From IMG/VR virus record IMGVR_UViG_3300028883_000032, positions 124,001 to 188,000 of that record: 64,000 nt of DNA. One strand, written 5' to 3'. The notes under the pieces are model-generated. The model was not told the origin of the DNA. It worked only from the letters and a program-made list of their open reading frames with translations, and searched no databases. Shown here one piece after another: positions 18,501 to 26,803 of the stretch; within the stretch, counting starts at the first letter, position 1; every line of letters begins with the position of its first letter. Made by a program: the position numbers and the translations under genes.

Positions 18501-18971
18501 ATGATAGAACGTCTTACTAGGTGCACCCATTGTGGAGATGTATACAGCTATCAAGCTTCCGGTGATGGGTGTAACAGAAATGAAAATGATCCGCATTATT
18601 GCCCAGTGTGTAAAACTACCATCAACGACGCACTATCCCAAATACCTCCAAAACGAGTTCCTAGAGACGTATTTACCAATGAGGTAACTCTTGAAACTCT
18701 CCAAATGTGGGAAAAGAATAAAACCCGTTCCAAAGGGTTTCCAGCTTTTCATAGAATAATTCCAGGAGGGATTCGCCAAATAAAAGATGGTAGTTTTGAG
18801 TATGAAACCGTACAAGAAGTTGTGGGTCAAGAAGATAAAAAGGGAAGGATATACAAATATCGTTATTGGAAAGATAAAGACGGTAAAAGAATATCTGAAC
18901 CCAAAATAACGGTACGTATGGAAATACATAAACCCACAGGAACAACAACAGGATATTGGAAAAAATACTAA
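18501..18971 (+). CDS. zinc-finger hypothetical protein
   Basis: CTHCG ... YCPVC. Confidence 0.7.
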   Translation: MIERLTRCTHCGDVYSYQASGDGCNRNENDPHYCPVCKTTINDALSQIPPKRVPRDVFTNEVTLETLQMWEKNKTRSKGFPAFHRIIPGGIRQIKDGSFEYETVQEVVGQEDKKGRIYKYRYWKDKDGKRISEPKITVRMEIHKPTGTTTGYWKKY

Positions 18972-19216
18972 TGGAAAACAAATATATAAGTTTGGACATA
19001 TGTTTAAATACTGGTTTTGAGGGAATGTATAATGGGGTTTATATATTCCCAAATAACAAGAAGGAAGACAACGCCAGGATCACTCCGGGAAAACTGCTTG
19101 GCCCAATACGCTCAACAAGGATATTAACCGTAGATGAGCGAGGAGCAAAAAATTTTATAAATGTTGCAGTTGAAGTTTTTGGAAAGGAAATATTGCATGG
19201 AAGTAGTAATAAATAG
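18956..19216 (+). CDS. hypothetical protein
   Basis: ORF track. Confidence 0.55.
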   Translation: MEKILMENKYISLDICLNTGFEGMYNGVYIFPNNKKEDNARITPGKLLGPIRSTRILTVDERGAKNFINVAVEVFGKEILHGSSNK

Positions 19217-19619
19217 ATGCTACGGTGGGTTTGGTCTTTCCCCAGAAGGTGAAAAATATTTTCTTAAGTTAAAAGGTAATGGATGCTATTTTTATAAAAG
19301 AGATTATACATCCAAAGAACCTAAATATGATCGTGTGGATAATGTAGAGAAAGATTTAACATTCACGCTTCTTGTCACATCCACAGCAGATCTTGGAAAT
19401 ACAACAAGAGACATACCACAAAACTTCTATTTTTGTTCTTATCTACTGGAAAGGGATGACCCAGATTTAGTAAAAACTGTAAGAGAGCTTGGATCAGAAA
19501 GAGCCAGCTCAAGTTTAGCAAAATTAAAAATTGTAGAAATACCAGATGGAATTTCATATGATATACAAGATTACGACGGTATTGAATGGGTAGCGGAGTC
19601 CCATCGAACTTGGAACTAA
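19197..19619 (+). CDS. conserved phage hypothetical protein (VVINRCYGGFGLS family)
   Basis: VINRCYGGFGLS ... RDDPDLV..V.ELG ... LKIVEIPD ... YDG.EW is a recurrent phage motif. Confidence 0.75.
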   Translation: MEVVINRCYGGFGLSPEGEKYFLKLKGNGCYFYKRDYTSKEPKYDRVDNVEKDLTFTLLVTSTADLGNTTRDIPQNFYFCSYLLERDDPDLVKTVRELGSERASSSLAKLKIVEIPDGISYDIQDYDGIEWVAESHRTWN

Positions 19620-19631
19620 CCAATTAATAAA

Positions 19632-19853
19632 ATGTATACAGAATTTGACGAGGTGAAAACGTCCGAAGTAAAAGTATACCCTGTGAAAGTAAGAGCATAT
19701 TGTCCTGAATGTGGTGACGAGCTTGATTTTACGGGATACAGCCATGTAAGGCAGTACACATCACATCAACATCGGTGCCATAAGTGTGAAAAATTGTACT
19801 CCCTGCGGCATCGGTACCCAATAATAGCTCACAGGGAAATAGACCAAATTTAA
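19632..19853 (+). CDS. zinc-ribbon protein
   Basis: CPECG ... HRCHKC. Confidence 0.65.
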   Translation: MYTEFDEVKTSEVKVYPVKVRAYCPECGDELDFTGYSHVRQYTSHQHRCHKCEKLYSLRHRYPIIAHREIDQI

Positions 19854-19855
19854 AC

Positions 19856-20185
19856 ATGAATTTTAATGAGTATCAATTTATGGCAACCGACTTAGCCGTA
19901 TACCCTGATGCGGGGTCTAACTTATATTATCCCGCATTGGGGCTTGCAGGAGAATCGGGAGAAGTTTGTGAACGAGTAAAAAAACTTATTCGTAATAAAG
20001 ATGGAGTTATGGATGAGTTTTTCAAAAACGGAATTAAGTTGGAACTTGGTGATGTTTTGTGGTACATTGCAAACATGGCCAGAGAAATAGGTGTTACCCT
20101 TGAAGATGTTGCACAATCAAATATTAACAAGTTAGTTGATCGCAGAAATCGCGGTGTATTAAAGGGTGAAGGTGAGAATCGATGA
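19856..20185 (+). CDS. MazG-like NTP pyrophosphohydrolase
   Basis: LGLAGESGEV..RVKK, ELGDVLWY, NINKL..R..RG. Confidence 0.88.
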   Translation: MNFNEYQFMATDLAVYPDAGSNLYYPALGLAGESGEVCERVKKLIRNKDGVMDEFFKNGIKLELGDVLWYIANMAREIGVTLEDVAQSNINKLVDRRNRGVLKGEGENR

Positions 20186-20445
20186 CGCAGAACGAAAGCG
20201 TTCAAAAAGCTCTTGATATAGCAAAAGACGCACTGCGAAAAGCTATGACTGGATATATTGGACAGTACACCGAAGAAGAAACACGGGAATTCCTTAAGCT
20301 GCTGTCTGAAAAAATTAAAGAAACTTCGGAAGAGTTAATAAACAACTTGGAAGTATTTGGTTCAGTCGAAGTAGAGGCTGATTACGATAAAGAACAGGTA
20401 GTCATTACTTACCACATAAAGCTACTAGATGACTTTAAGGAATAA
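20182..20445 (+). CDS. hypothetical protein (87 aa)
   Basis: ATGA overlap with the MazG-like gene. Confidence 0.65.
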   Translation: MTQNESVQKALDIAKDALRKAMTGYIGQYTEEETREFLKLLSEKIKETSEELINNLEVFGSVEVEADYDKEQVVITYHIKLLDDFKE

Positions 20446-20449
20446 ACAC

Positions 20450-20839
20450 ATGAAAATTGCTGTGGATTTACATGGGACAATTACTCGCTATCCTGAAAAG
20501 TTTATGTGGATGATGTCTAGTTGGATAACCGCGGGTGACGAAGTTTTTGTTTTGTCAGGACCACCAAAAGACGAAGTTCTGGCCGAATTGGAGTCCTTGG
20601 GATTTATAAGAGGTATCCACTTCAATCATGTGGTATCCATAGTAGACTACCTCATGAACGGTAAAAAAGTTCGCATGTGGCAAGATGAGAAGAATAGTTG
20701 GTGGTCTGAACCGGAACATTGGTGGTCTGCCAAAGCGGATTTGTGTGAAGAGTTTGGTGCAGATGTTCTCATCGACGATACCGCGAAATACGCTGAAAAG
20801 CTAGACACCAATAGAACCATGTTTTGGTTGGTTATTTAA
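20450..20839 (+). CDS. HAD-superfamily phosphatase-like protein
   Basis: KIAVDLHGTIT motif I (second Asp replaced by His), VLSG, K, LIDD. Confidence 0.75.
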   Translation: MKIAVDLHGTITRYPEKFMWMMSSWITAGDEVFVLSGPPKDEVLAELESLGFIRGIHFNHVVSIVDYLMNGKKVRMWQDEKNSWWSEPEHWWSAKADLCEEFGADVLIDDTAKYAEKLDTNRTMFWLVI

Positions 20840-20851
20840 CCATATAATTTA

Positions 20852-21289
20852 GTGGAAAAAATAAATATCATTTTTGAGGACAATCTCACCGGGAATGAAT
20901 ATAAGTGCATTGCTTCAGAGTGCAACATTAGCCGCACTAAAGAAATATTTACAGACCACTTCGGAGAACACGAAGTATGTGTGCCAGGAAGGACGCTTAT
21001 ATCTGGCAAGATAACAGGTCTTACCAATTTACCAATGGACGGAGTTTTAAACAAATCATTTACATGTAATATAAACAACATTGTCCTCCACGACTTATCA
21101 ATTGTTGAAGTACGTGATGAGACGCGTCTTTATCCTTATGGGTATTCAAGGAACATTGAATTTGTTGCGTGTTCTATGGAAACTGTGGACCCAAAACCAG
21201 ACTCCAAACAAAAAATAAGTATAGATGCGCTCGTAGACCTGTTTAAAACCATAGGAGTATTTTACCATGATTCGGCAATTCCGGGGTAA
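20852..21289 (+). CDS. hypothetical protein (145 aa)
   Basis: ORF track. Confidence 0.55.
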   Translation: MEKINIIFEDNLTGNEYKCIASECNISRTKEIFTDHFGEHEVCVPGRTLISGKITGLTNLPMDGVLNKSFTCNINNIVLHDLSIVEVRDETRLYPYGYSRNIEFVACSMETVDPKPDSKQKISIDALVDLFKTIGVFYHDSAIPG

Positions 21290-21698
21290 ATACAGCCCCT
21301 TTTCAAACTTTTCGTTTCATACTGTTGCTCTTGAAAACATTGTTTTTCCTACAGGTGAACATGCTTTTCAATGTTATAAGGCAAAAACGGAAGATGGTTT
21401 TGATGCTGTGTTGGAGGCACCAACCCCAAGTAATGCAAAGCGCATAGCTCGCCAAATTGATATGCGTGACGACTGGGAAGAGGTAAAAGATGAAGTCATG
21501 TACAACGTCATTAAGGCAAAGGTAGAACAGCACCGAGATGTTAAGGAACTGTTACTTTCCACGGGAGACGAAGAAATACAAGAAGGAAATACTTGGGGAG
21601 ACGAATATTGGGGAGTCTCCTTACCGTCTGGCAGGGGCCGAAACCAACTTGGAAAAACGTGGATGCGGGTAAGAAGGGAGTTACAAAATGCCCAATAA
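21267..21698 (+). CDS. NADAR (YbiA/DUF1768) family hydrolase
   Basis: FSNF, FPTGEHAFQ..K, AKRIAR, DWEEVK..VM..VIKAK, LLSTG, E.N.WGD.YWG, GRNQLGK..M.VR. Confidence 0.9.
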   Translation: MIRQFRGKYSPFSNFSFHTVALENIVFPTGEHAFQCYKAKTEDGFDAVLEAPTPSNAKRIARQIDMRDDWEEVKDEVMYNVIKAKVEQHRDVKELLLSTGDEEIQEGNTWGDEYWGVSLPSGRGRNQLGKTWMRVRRELQNAQ

Positions 21699-22170
21699 AA
21701 TAACTTGCGCTACCTTCATAATACATGATGGTTCAGTGGGAAAAGAGGTGCTTCTTGTACAACCTACAGAAAAACCATTTTGGGAACCACCGAAGGGGAT
21801 TAAGGATGTTGGAGAAAATATAAATGATGCAGCCATGAGAGAAGTTTTTGAGGAAACCGGTATCCAACTTCAGCATGACGCATTAATCCATTTAGGAAGA
21901 TACCCGTATTTAGTGGGAAAGGATATAGCGTTTTTTATGGCTTGTGGCTATAACGAGCTATTAAGGGCGCAGGAAAGGGTATGTAGAAGCTACTTCTATA
22001 AATTTGGAGAAGGGTTCATACCGGAAATCCAAAATTCTGCATGGTTTCAACTTTCCCAAGTAAAGCATCTTGTCACGGCAAACATGTTAAAAGCCATGAA
22101 GTTAATGGCGGAAAGTGTAAAACATCAAAATGAGAAAATTAGTAAGTATACAGAGAGTTTGGTCAGTTGA
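21688..22170 (+). CDS. Nudix hydrolase
   Basis: PKG(X5)E(X5)AAMREVFEETGI Nudix box. Confidence 0.9.
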   Translation: MPNKITCATFIIHDGSVGKEVLLVQPTEKPFWEPPKGIKDVGENINDAAMREVFEETGIQLQHDALIHLGRYPYLVGKDIAFFMACGYNELLRAQERVCRSYFYKFGEGFIPEIQNSAWFQLSQVKHLVTANMLKAMKLMAESVKHQNEKISKYTESLVS

Positions 22171-22231
22171 ACCGATTGAGGGCTCTGACTTTATTGAAAA
22201 AATAAAAGTCCTTGGGTGGACTTTAGTGGCT
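22130..22231 (+). CDS. RNA ligase exon 1 (34 codons, MRKLVSIQRV...LGWTLVA)
   Basis: Hand-translated; matches the missing N-terminus of Rnl2/DRB0094-type RNA ligases and ends at the P1 U.G splice site. Confidence 0.88.
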
Positions 22232-22388
22232 TAATTCTGGGTCACTTTAAACTCGCTCAATTGCTGGAAAGCTAAACCGCAGCAAACACCGTGGTAGGCC
22301 GATCAGCAGCCAGAGGTTATGGCGACATAGTCAAATGGTTCAGAGACTTATCAAAGTACTTGGCAGAGGAAATGGTAGAATTGATAGA

Positions 22389-22664
22389 ATGAAAATGAAA
22401 ACTTATAAACTAAAAGTACAGATTTTTGATAGTAAAAATCGCCCAAAATCAGATTTAAAGACAATTGCAAAATTTGATTCTAAATATGTATTAGCAAAAT
22501 ATATTGACACTTATAGTAAAGTAAAAAGGCTGACTGTAAATACTGTTCACACCGCAGATGGTAGCAAAATAATAAAAGGCCCAAAGCTTTTATACTTTGA
22601 CGAAAATGATAATATACATGAGCTATCTATCGAAGTTCAGGAAGATGGTGGTTGTGATGTATAG
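22389..22664 (+). CDS. intron-internal hypothetical protein 1
   Basis: ORF 22335..22664; ATG 22389/22395 lies just past the intron core. Confidence 0.55.
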   Translation: MKMKTYKLKVQIFDSKNRPKSDLKTIAKFDSKYVLAKYIDTYSKVKRLTVNTVHTADGSKIIKGPKLLYFDENDNIHELSIEVQEDGGCDV

Positions 22665-22893
22665 TAAATTCATAGTTGTCTTGTTTAAAACAGAATATAG
22701 TTTTACTGTGCATGTTAACAAAGACTTTTTTACAGTTAGTTTTGAATGGGAATCTAAATATATTGATTGCTTCAAAGGGTATGACAATATTGTAGGGGTT
22801 GAATTAAATTTTAAGAACAGGTATTTCTCCGCATATTGTCATATAAAAAACAAAATTTATAGCTTCACTTTTCCCCAAAATAATGAGGAATAA
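22657..22893 (+). CDS. intron-internal hypothetical protein 2
   Basis: ORF 22597..22893; MYSKF start overlaps the previous stop. Confidence 0.5.
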   Translation: MYSKFIVVLFKTEYSFTVHVNKDFFTVSFEWESKYIDCFKGYDNIVGVELNFKNRYFSAYCHIKNKIYSFTFPQNNEE

Positions 22894-22895
22894 GA
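22887..22895 (+). promoter_or_regulatory. GGHATAAGA promoter-like motif inside the intron
   Basis: GGAATAAGA 30 nt upstream of ORF 22926. Confidence 0.5.
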
Positions 22896-22925
22896 TAGTA
22901 ACCATAAAACTAACTGGGGTAAAAC

Positions 22926-23354
22926 ATGGCAGAGGAACAGGTGTTTTCTAACATTGGTAGAAAATGTTTGTTGGTGATCATGGTAATACTGTGCGGTGTT
23001 CAATTCGTGTATTCCCAGGATGCCATTAAAGTATCCGAAGATCGCGGCATAACCGCAGTGCAGTGCCTGTTGGCGTATCATGGGTATTTTACGTTCGCAG
23101 AATATGCAACTGGCAAATACAACAAAGTCACCGATTTGGCACTTAAACTCCACCTAATAAAAAATGGCATTGATCCCCATGACGAGGTTATATGCCGGAG
23201 ATTTATATACCAATCTGTCATGAAATACAAAGAATTTGTTGATTCGTCGCTAGTATCGACAGCTTTTAAGAAAAGAGTTAACGAAAGTCTGCGAGGGGTT
23301 ACTCCTTTCAACATCATAAGTGAAGAGTCTATTTGGGTTCTTGAGGAGGATTAA
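22926..23354 (+). CDS. intron-internal hypothetical protein 3 (signal/TM segment)
   Basis: ORF track; hydrophobic N-terminal segment. Confidence 0.6.
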   Translation: MAEEQVFSNIGRKCLLVIMVILCGVQFVYSQDAIKVSEDRGITAVQCLLAYHGYFTFAEYATGKYNKVTDLALKLHLIKNGIDPHDEVICRRFIYQSVMKYKEFVDSSLVSTAFKKRVNESLRGVTPFNIISEESIWVLEED

Positions 23355-23535
23355 AGTGACTCTGGAAGAAAAGTTAAAGTCAGAGACTACGGGGATGCTT
23401 CAACAAATACTGTCTTCCATTAAATTCTGCATTCGAAACAACTTGTACTCTTGGATTTCTCCAGGGCCTTACGGGTGTCCCACCATGGAGGACTGGTACT
23501 TGGAAGTCGAAGCAGAAGTTAATCAGAGGGCCTAG
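23320..23535 (+). CDS. intron-internal hypothetical protein 4
   Basis: ORF track; likely GTG start 23356 after GAGGAGG. Confidence 0.5.
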   Translation: MKSLFGFLRRIKVTLEEKLKSETTGMLQQILSSIKFCIRNNLYSWISPGPYGCPTMEDWYLEVEAEVNQRA

Positions 23536-23557
23536 CCCTCTTTTAACCAAAAAAATC

Positions 23558-23854
23558 ATGAAAGTAAAGCACGAAACAATAATACCTATAGGTTCCCCAT
23601 TAGTGATGACAGGTTTGCATGAAATCACCGGAGGTCCTTGGGAATGCACAGAAGAAACATTTAACTCCGTTGCCCTGCAAATTATAAACAGACAACGCGA
23701 GAACTGCGGACTTGAATGTATTGACAAGCTTCCGGTATTAAGGGAAGTTGAAGATATTCAAAAGGCTATTATTCCTCATGTGGATAAAAGGTTATTATAT
23801 GAAGCTGACGGGTTAGTTGTCAGGTTTGATTTTGACTTGGGAAATTGGGAGTAG
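23558..23854 (+). CDS. intron-internal hypothetical protein 5
   Basis: ORF track; TTAACCAAAAAAATC leader. Confidence 0.55.
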   Translation: MKVKHETIIPIGSPLVMTGLHEITGGPWECTEETFNSVALQIINRQRENCGLECIDKLPVLREVEDIQKAIIPHVDKRLLYEADGLVVRFDFDLGNWE

Positions 23855-23886
23855 TTTCACTCATTTTTATTTAACCAAAAAAAGAA

Positions 23887-24267
23887 ATGGCAAAAAAAAT
23901 AAATACCGAGCCTAGAACCATAACCGTAAAATTAAAAGAAAGTGGAGAAACAGTCCACCATATTTTAGAGTGTGGCAGTATTGATGAGTCTATTGACTTT
24001 TTACAAGATATTAAAAATAAATATCCTGAAATGTTCAATATAAGAATAGAAATTGAAAGCGAACCTGATTATTATGACAATGTTTATCAATATGTTAATT
24101 TTTATGGATCTAGGCTAGAAACAGCAGACGAAGTTGCTAAAAGAATTGGAATTGAAGAAGAGGCTGCTCGAAAGATAAGAGACCAAAGAAAAGCTAAAAA
24201 GAAAAAAACTGAAGAAGAGCAGCGGGCACTGTATGAAAAACTAAAAGAAAAGTTTGGGGATAAATAA
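23887..24267 (+). CDS. intron-internal hypothetical protein 6
   Basis: ORF track; TTAACCAAAAAAAGAA leader; charged C-terminal helix. Confidence 0.65.
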   Translation: MAKKINTEPRTITVKLKESGETVHHILECGSIDESIDFLQDIKNKYPEMFNIRIEIESEPDYYDNVYQYVNFYGSRLETADEVAKRIGIEEEAARKIRDQRKAKKKKTEEEQRALYEKLKEKFGDK

Positions 24268-24458
24268 TGTCAATAGAAATAAGTGATATTGCATTAGATA
24301 TGATTATAGATAAGAAATTTGTTGGAAAAACATTAAAAGAAGTATTAAAAAGTACACCAAAATATGAACACGAACACTTCTTAAAACATCTTGAGTACGC
24401 AGAAGAAACAGTTAATAATTGGCCTGAGTGGAAAAAAATGCATATGATGCTACAGTAG
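24267..24458 (+). CDS. intron-internal hypothetical protein 7
   Basis: TAATG overlap with the previous ORF. Confidence 0.55.
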   Translation: MSIEISDIALDMIIDKKFVGKTLKEVLKSTPKYEHEHFLKHLEYAEETVNNWPEWKKMHMMLQ

Positions 24459-24589
24459 AAGAAAAAATATTTACGAAGAATAAATAATGGAAATTATCAA
24501 TTAACACGGCGAGCTCTCGGTAGGTGCTGCCACACTGGTGACCGAGATGAAGGTATAGTCCACGCCTGCATGAAAATGTAGGGTTAGTG

Positions 24590-25570
24590 AGGAAAGGGGA
24601 ATTCAAAAAAGGTGATTTGTGTGTCTATTGCGAAATAGATTCCATCTTACCAGAACGCGAAGAATTTGAATTCCTACGCAGCAAAAAGTTTAGAATAAAA
24701 ACACAGAAGATTCGTGGGATATTGAGTCAGGGAATAGCTTTTCCCATTTCAGTGTTGAATAAAGGAAAAAGCGAAGTAATCGTGGAACTGGTATCCAGTG
24801 ATGATTCCAAAGATCCAGACCCATATATACACGTAGATGACGATTCAGGCCATGGGTCGGGCTCCACTTTCTTCTTGGGTGACGACGTAACTGCGTATTT
24901 AGGGGTAAAAAAGTATGAAGTCCCTATACAGTTTAAACAAGGCCAGTCCGCGGGGAACTTCCCAGCTTTTATACATAAAACAGATGAGACCCGCATACAG
25001 ACCTGTATAGAATGCTTGGAGGAGCTACATGGTAAGCCGTATTACATAACCACAAAAGTAGATGGAACTTCAGGAACATTTTATAGGAAAGACGACCACT
25101 TTGGGGTATGCTCGAGGAATTTCGAGAAAAAAGAAGGACAAAGCGTGTATTGGGAAGTCGCAAAAAAATACGACCTCAAATCCAAGTTGGAGAACTACGG
25201 CAAGGACGTTGCTATACAAGGAGAACTTGCGGGGCCGGGAATTCAAAAGAACAGGCTTGGGTTGGAAAGCACATCATTGTTTGTATTCAACATACAGGAT
25301 ATTTCGAAAGGTTGCTTTTTATCCTTCAACGAGGTCAAAGACCTTTGTAATGCCCTAGGTATCAACATGGTTCCCATTCTAGAAGAAGGTGAACACTTCA
25401 ATTATACTTTTGAGCAACTTTTGGAATTAGCAGAACACAAGTACCTCAATGGGAGTCATGCCGAAGGTATTGTGATAAGACCACAAGTGGAAGAATATTC
25501 TCGTACCTTACACGGTAGGCTATCATTTAAAGTTATCAACAATAAGTTTCTGTTAAAAGGCGGGGATTAA
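24590..25570 (+). CDS. RNA ligase exon 2 (Rnl2/DRB0094 family; spliced product 360 aa)
   Basis: GDLCVYCEIDS, KVDGTS (motif I), QGELAGPGIQKN, FVFNI, EGIVIR, FKVINNKFLLK. Confidence 0.9.
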   Translation, partial: RKGEFKKGDLCVYCEIDSILPEREEFEFLRSKKFRIKTQKIRGILSQGIAFPISVLNKGKSEVIVELVSSDDSKDPDPYIHVDDDSGHGSGSTFFLGDDVTAYLGVKKYEVPIQFKQGQSAGNFPAFIHKTDETRIQTCIECLEELHGKPYYITTKVDGTSGTFYRKDDHFGVCSRNFEKKEGQSVYWEVAKKYDLKSKLENYGKDVAIQGELAGPGIQKNRLGLESTSLFVFNIQDISKGCFLSFNEVKDLCNALGINMVPILEEGEHFNYTFEQLLELAEHKYLNGSHAEGIVIRPQVEEYSRTLHGRLSFKVINNKFLLKGGD

Positions 25571-25572
25571 TT

Positions 25573-25581
25573 GGAATAAGA
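25573..25581 (+). promoter_or_regulatory. GGHATAAGA promoter-like motif
   Basis: Immediately after the RNA ligase stop. Confidence 0.6.
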
Positions 25582-25700
25582 ACACATCCGGGAAGTTTAC
25601 CGCGTAGCTTTGTGTCCGGGGGTTGCGGAAACTTCCTACTCACTGATATTCTGCCGTGCGGACAGCGGCAGATGTTTTTTTGTAGTAACCAAAATTTGCC

Positions 25701-26048
25701 ATGTCGCAATATGTATATTTTATAGAAGCGACAGGACTTAATCGAGTTAAAATAGGCTATGCTACAAATCCAACAAAACGAATAAAGGACCTTGATACCG
25801 GAAGTGCGGTAAATTTGGAGTTGTTGGGAGTTGTTCCCGGCTCTTTGGCCAAGGAGCGCCAACTTCACCAAAAGTTCGCGCAGTATCGCATTAAAGGAGA
25901 ATGGTTCAATTATAGCGACGAAATAAAGGATTACGTAAAAGAGAATACTTCGTTAGAGTTGCAACAGCCTAAAAAACCGCAGACATTTAATAAAGCTAAT
26001 GCTGACATGTTTAAGGCGCTTGTAGCCTTGAGGATTCTCTCATCGTAG
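25701..26048 (+). CDS. T5orf172/MUG113 (GIY-YIG superfamily) domain protein
   Basis: VYFI....NRVKIGYA.NP.KRI..L.TG, ERQLH.KF..YRI.GEWF. Confidence 0.85.
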   Translation: MSQYVYFIEATGLNRVKIGYATNPTKRIKDLDTGSAVNLELLGVVPGSLAKERQLHQKFAQYRIKGEWFNYSDEIKDYVKENTSLELQQPKKPQTFNKANADMFKALVALRILSS

Positions 26049-26098
26049 ATCTTTGATCTACCGACGAAACGACTAATTTTTTAAACCAATTAGTTGTT

Positions 26099-26701
26099 TT
26101 GAGAAAACTACTTATTAAAGGCAATTCAAAGATGGGTAAGCAGGTTTTGATTTTTAACTTACCTCCAGGGCCACCTAAAATAGGTGGAACTTGTACCCCA
26201 TCAAGATTTTGTAATGCTGAGTGTTATGCAAGAAAAGGACAACATAATTTACCAAGCGTAATAGAGGCGAACAAATGGAGGTTAGATGAATCAAAAAAGC
26301 CGACATTTGCAGATAGTGTTATTAATGAACTTAAAGCTTCCACTAAGCCTTACGTACGCATTCATGCCTCTGGAGATTTCTATAATGTTAAGTATGTTAA
26401 TAGTTGGATAAAGATTGCAAAGGCCTGCCCAGAAAAGAAATTTAGGTTTTTTACTAAAAGAAGGAAAGGTAAAATAAAGGAGGCAATTAAAGAATTGGCC
26501 TCTTTAGACAACGTGGTTGGAAGCGAAAGTTTAGATCCGTCTAGACCTAACCCGGAACCTGATTTTCTTGACAGAACGGCAATGGTGGTCCCAGTTGGGT
26601 TTACCTCAAATATTGAAAAAGTATGTCCTGGAGGGTGTGATGACTGTGGTTATTATTGCTGGAACCAGCCTCCAGGGAATTTGAATTTGCCTTGGCATTA
26701 A
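26099..26701 (+). CDS. Gp88-like (radical-SAM-related, Cys-rich) phage protein
   Basis: GNSKMG..FNLP, TC...C...CYA, VRIHASGDFY, FFTK. Confidence 0.75.
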   Translation: MRKLLIKGNSKMGKQVLIFNLPPGPPKIGGTCTPSRFCNAECYARKGQHNLPSVIEANKWRLDESKKPTFADSVINELKASTKPYVRIHASGDFYNVKYVNSWIKIAKACPEKKFRFFTKRRKGKIKEAIKELASLDNVVGSESLDPSRPNPEPDFLDRTAMVVPVGFTSNIEKVCPGGCDDCGYYCWNQPPGNLNLPWH

Positions 26702-26702
26702 T

Positions 26703-26741
26703 TTGACAATTCTTATTCTATGTTGTATATTTGGAATAAGA
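26703..26741 (+). promoter_or_regulatory. tmRNA promoter: TTGACA-N17-TATATT overlapping GGAATAAGA
   Basis: TTGACA 26703-08, TATATT 26726-31, motif 26733-41. Confidence 0.7.
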
Positions 26742-26803
26742 ATGTGACTAGGTGGTACAGGACCTACCTACCACCGATATCATTTTTGTAGCCACTCCAG
26801 TCT

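Larger units (their letters stand above)
22232..24589 (+). mobile_element. group I intron (2358 nt) in the RNA ligase gene, with a ~2.1-kb insertion between P7 and P3'
   Basis: P1 AGTGGCT/GGTCACT; P3 22252-57/24508-13; P4 TGCTGG/TCAGCA; R TCAGAGACT 22340-48; P8 CTCGGT/ACCGAG; S AAGGTATAGTCC 24550-61; P9 CCTGCAT-GAAA-ATGTAGG; terminal G 24589; splicing restores GWTLVA-RKGEF in frame. Confidence 0.88.

Noticed and set aside
24587-24589. GTG 24587 as an independent start of the RNA ligase
   Set aside because: No SD, the family N-terminus is missing, and that G is the terminal G of the intron.
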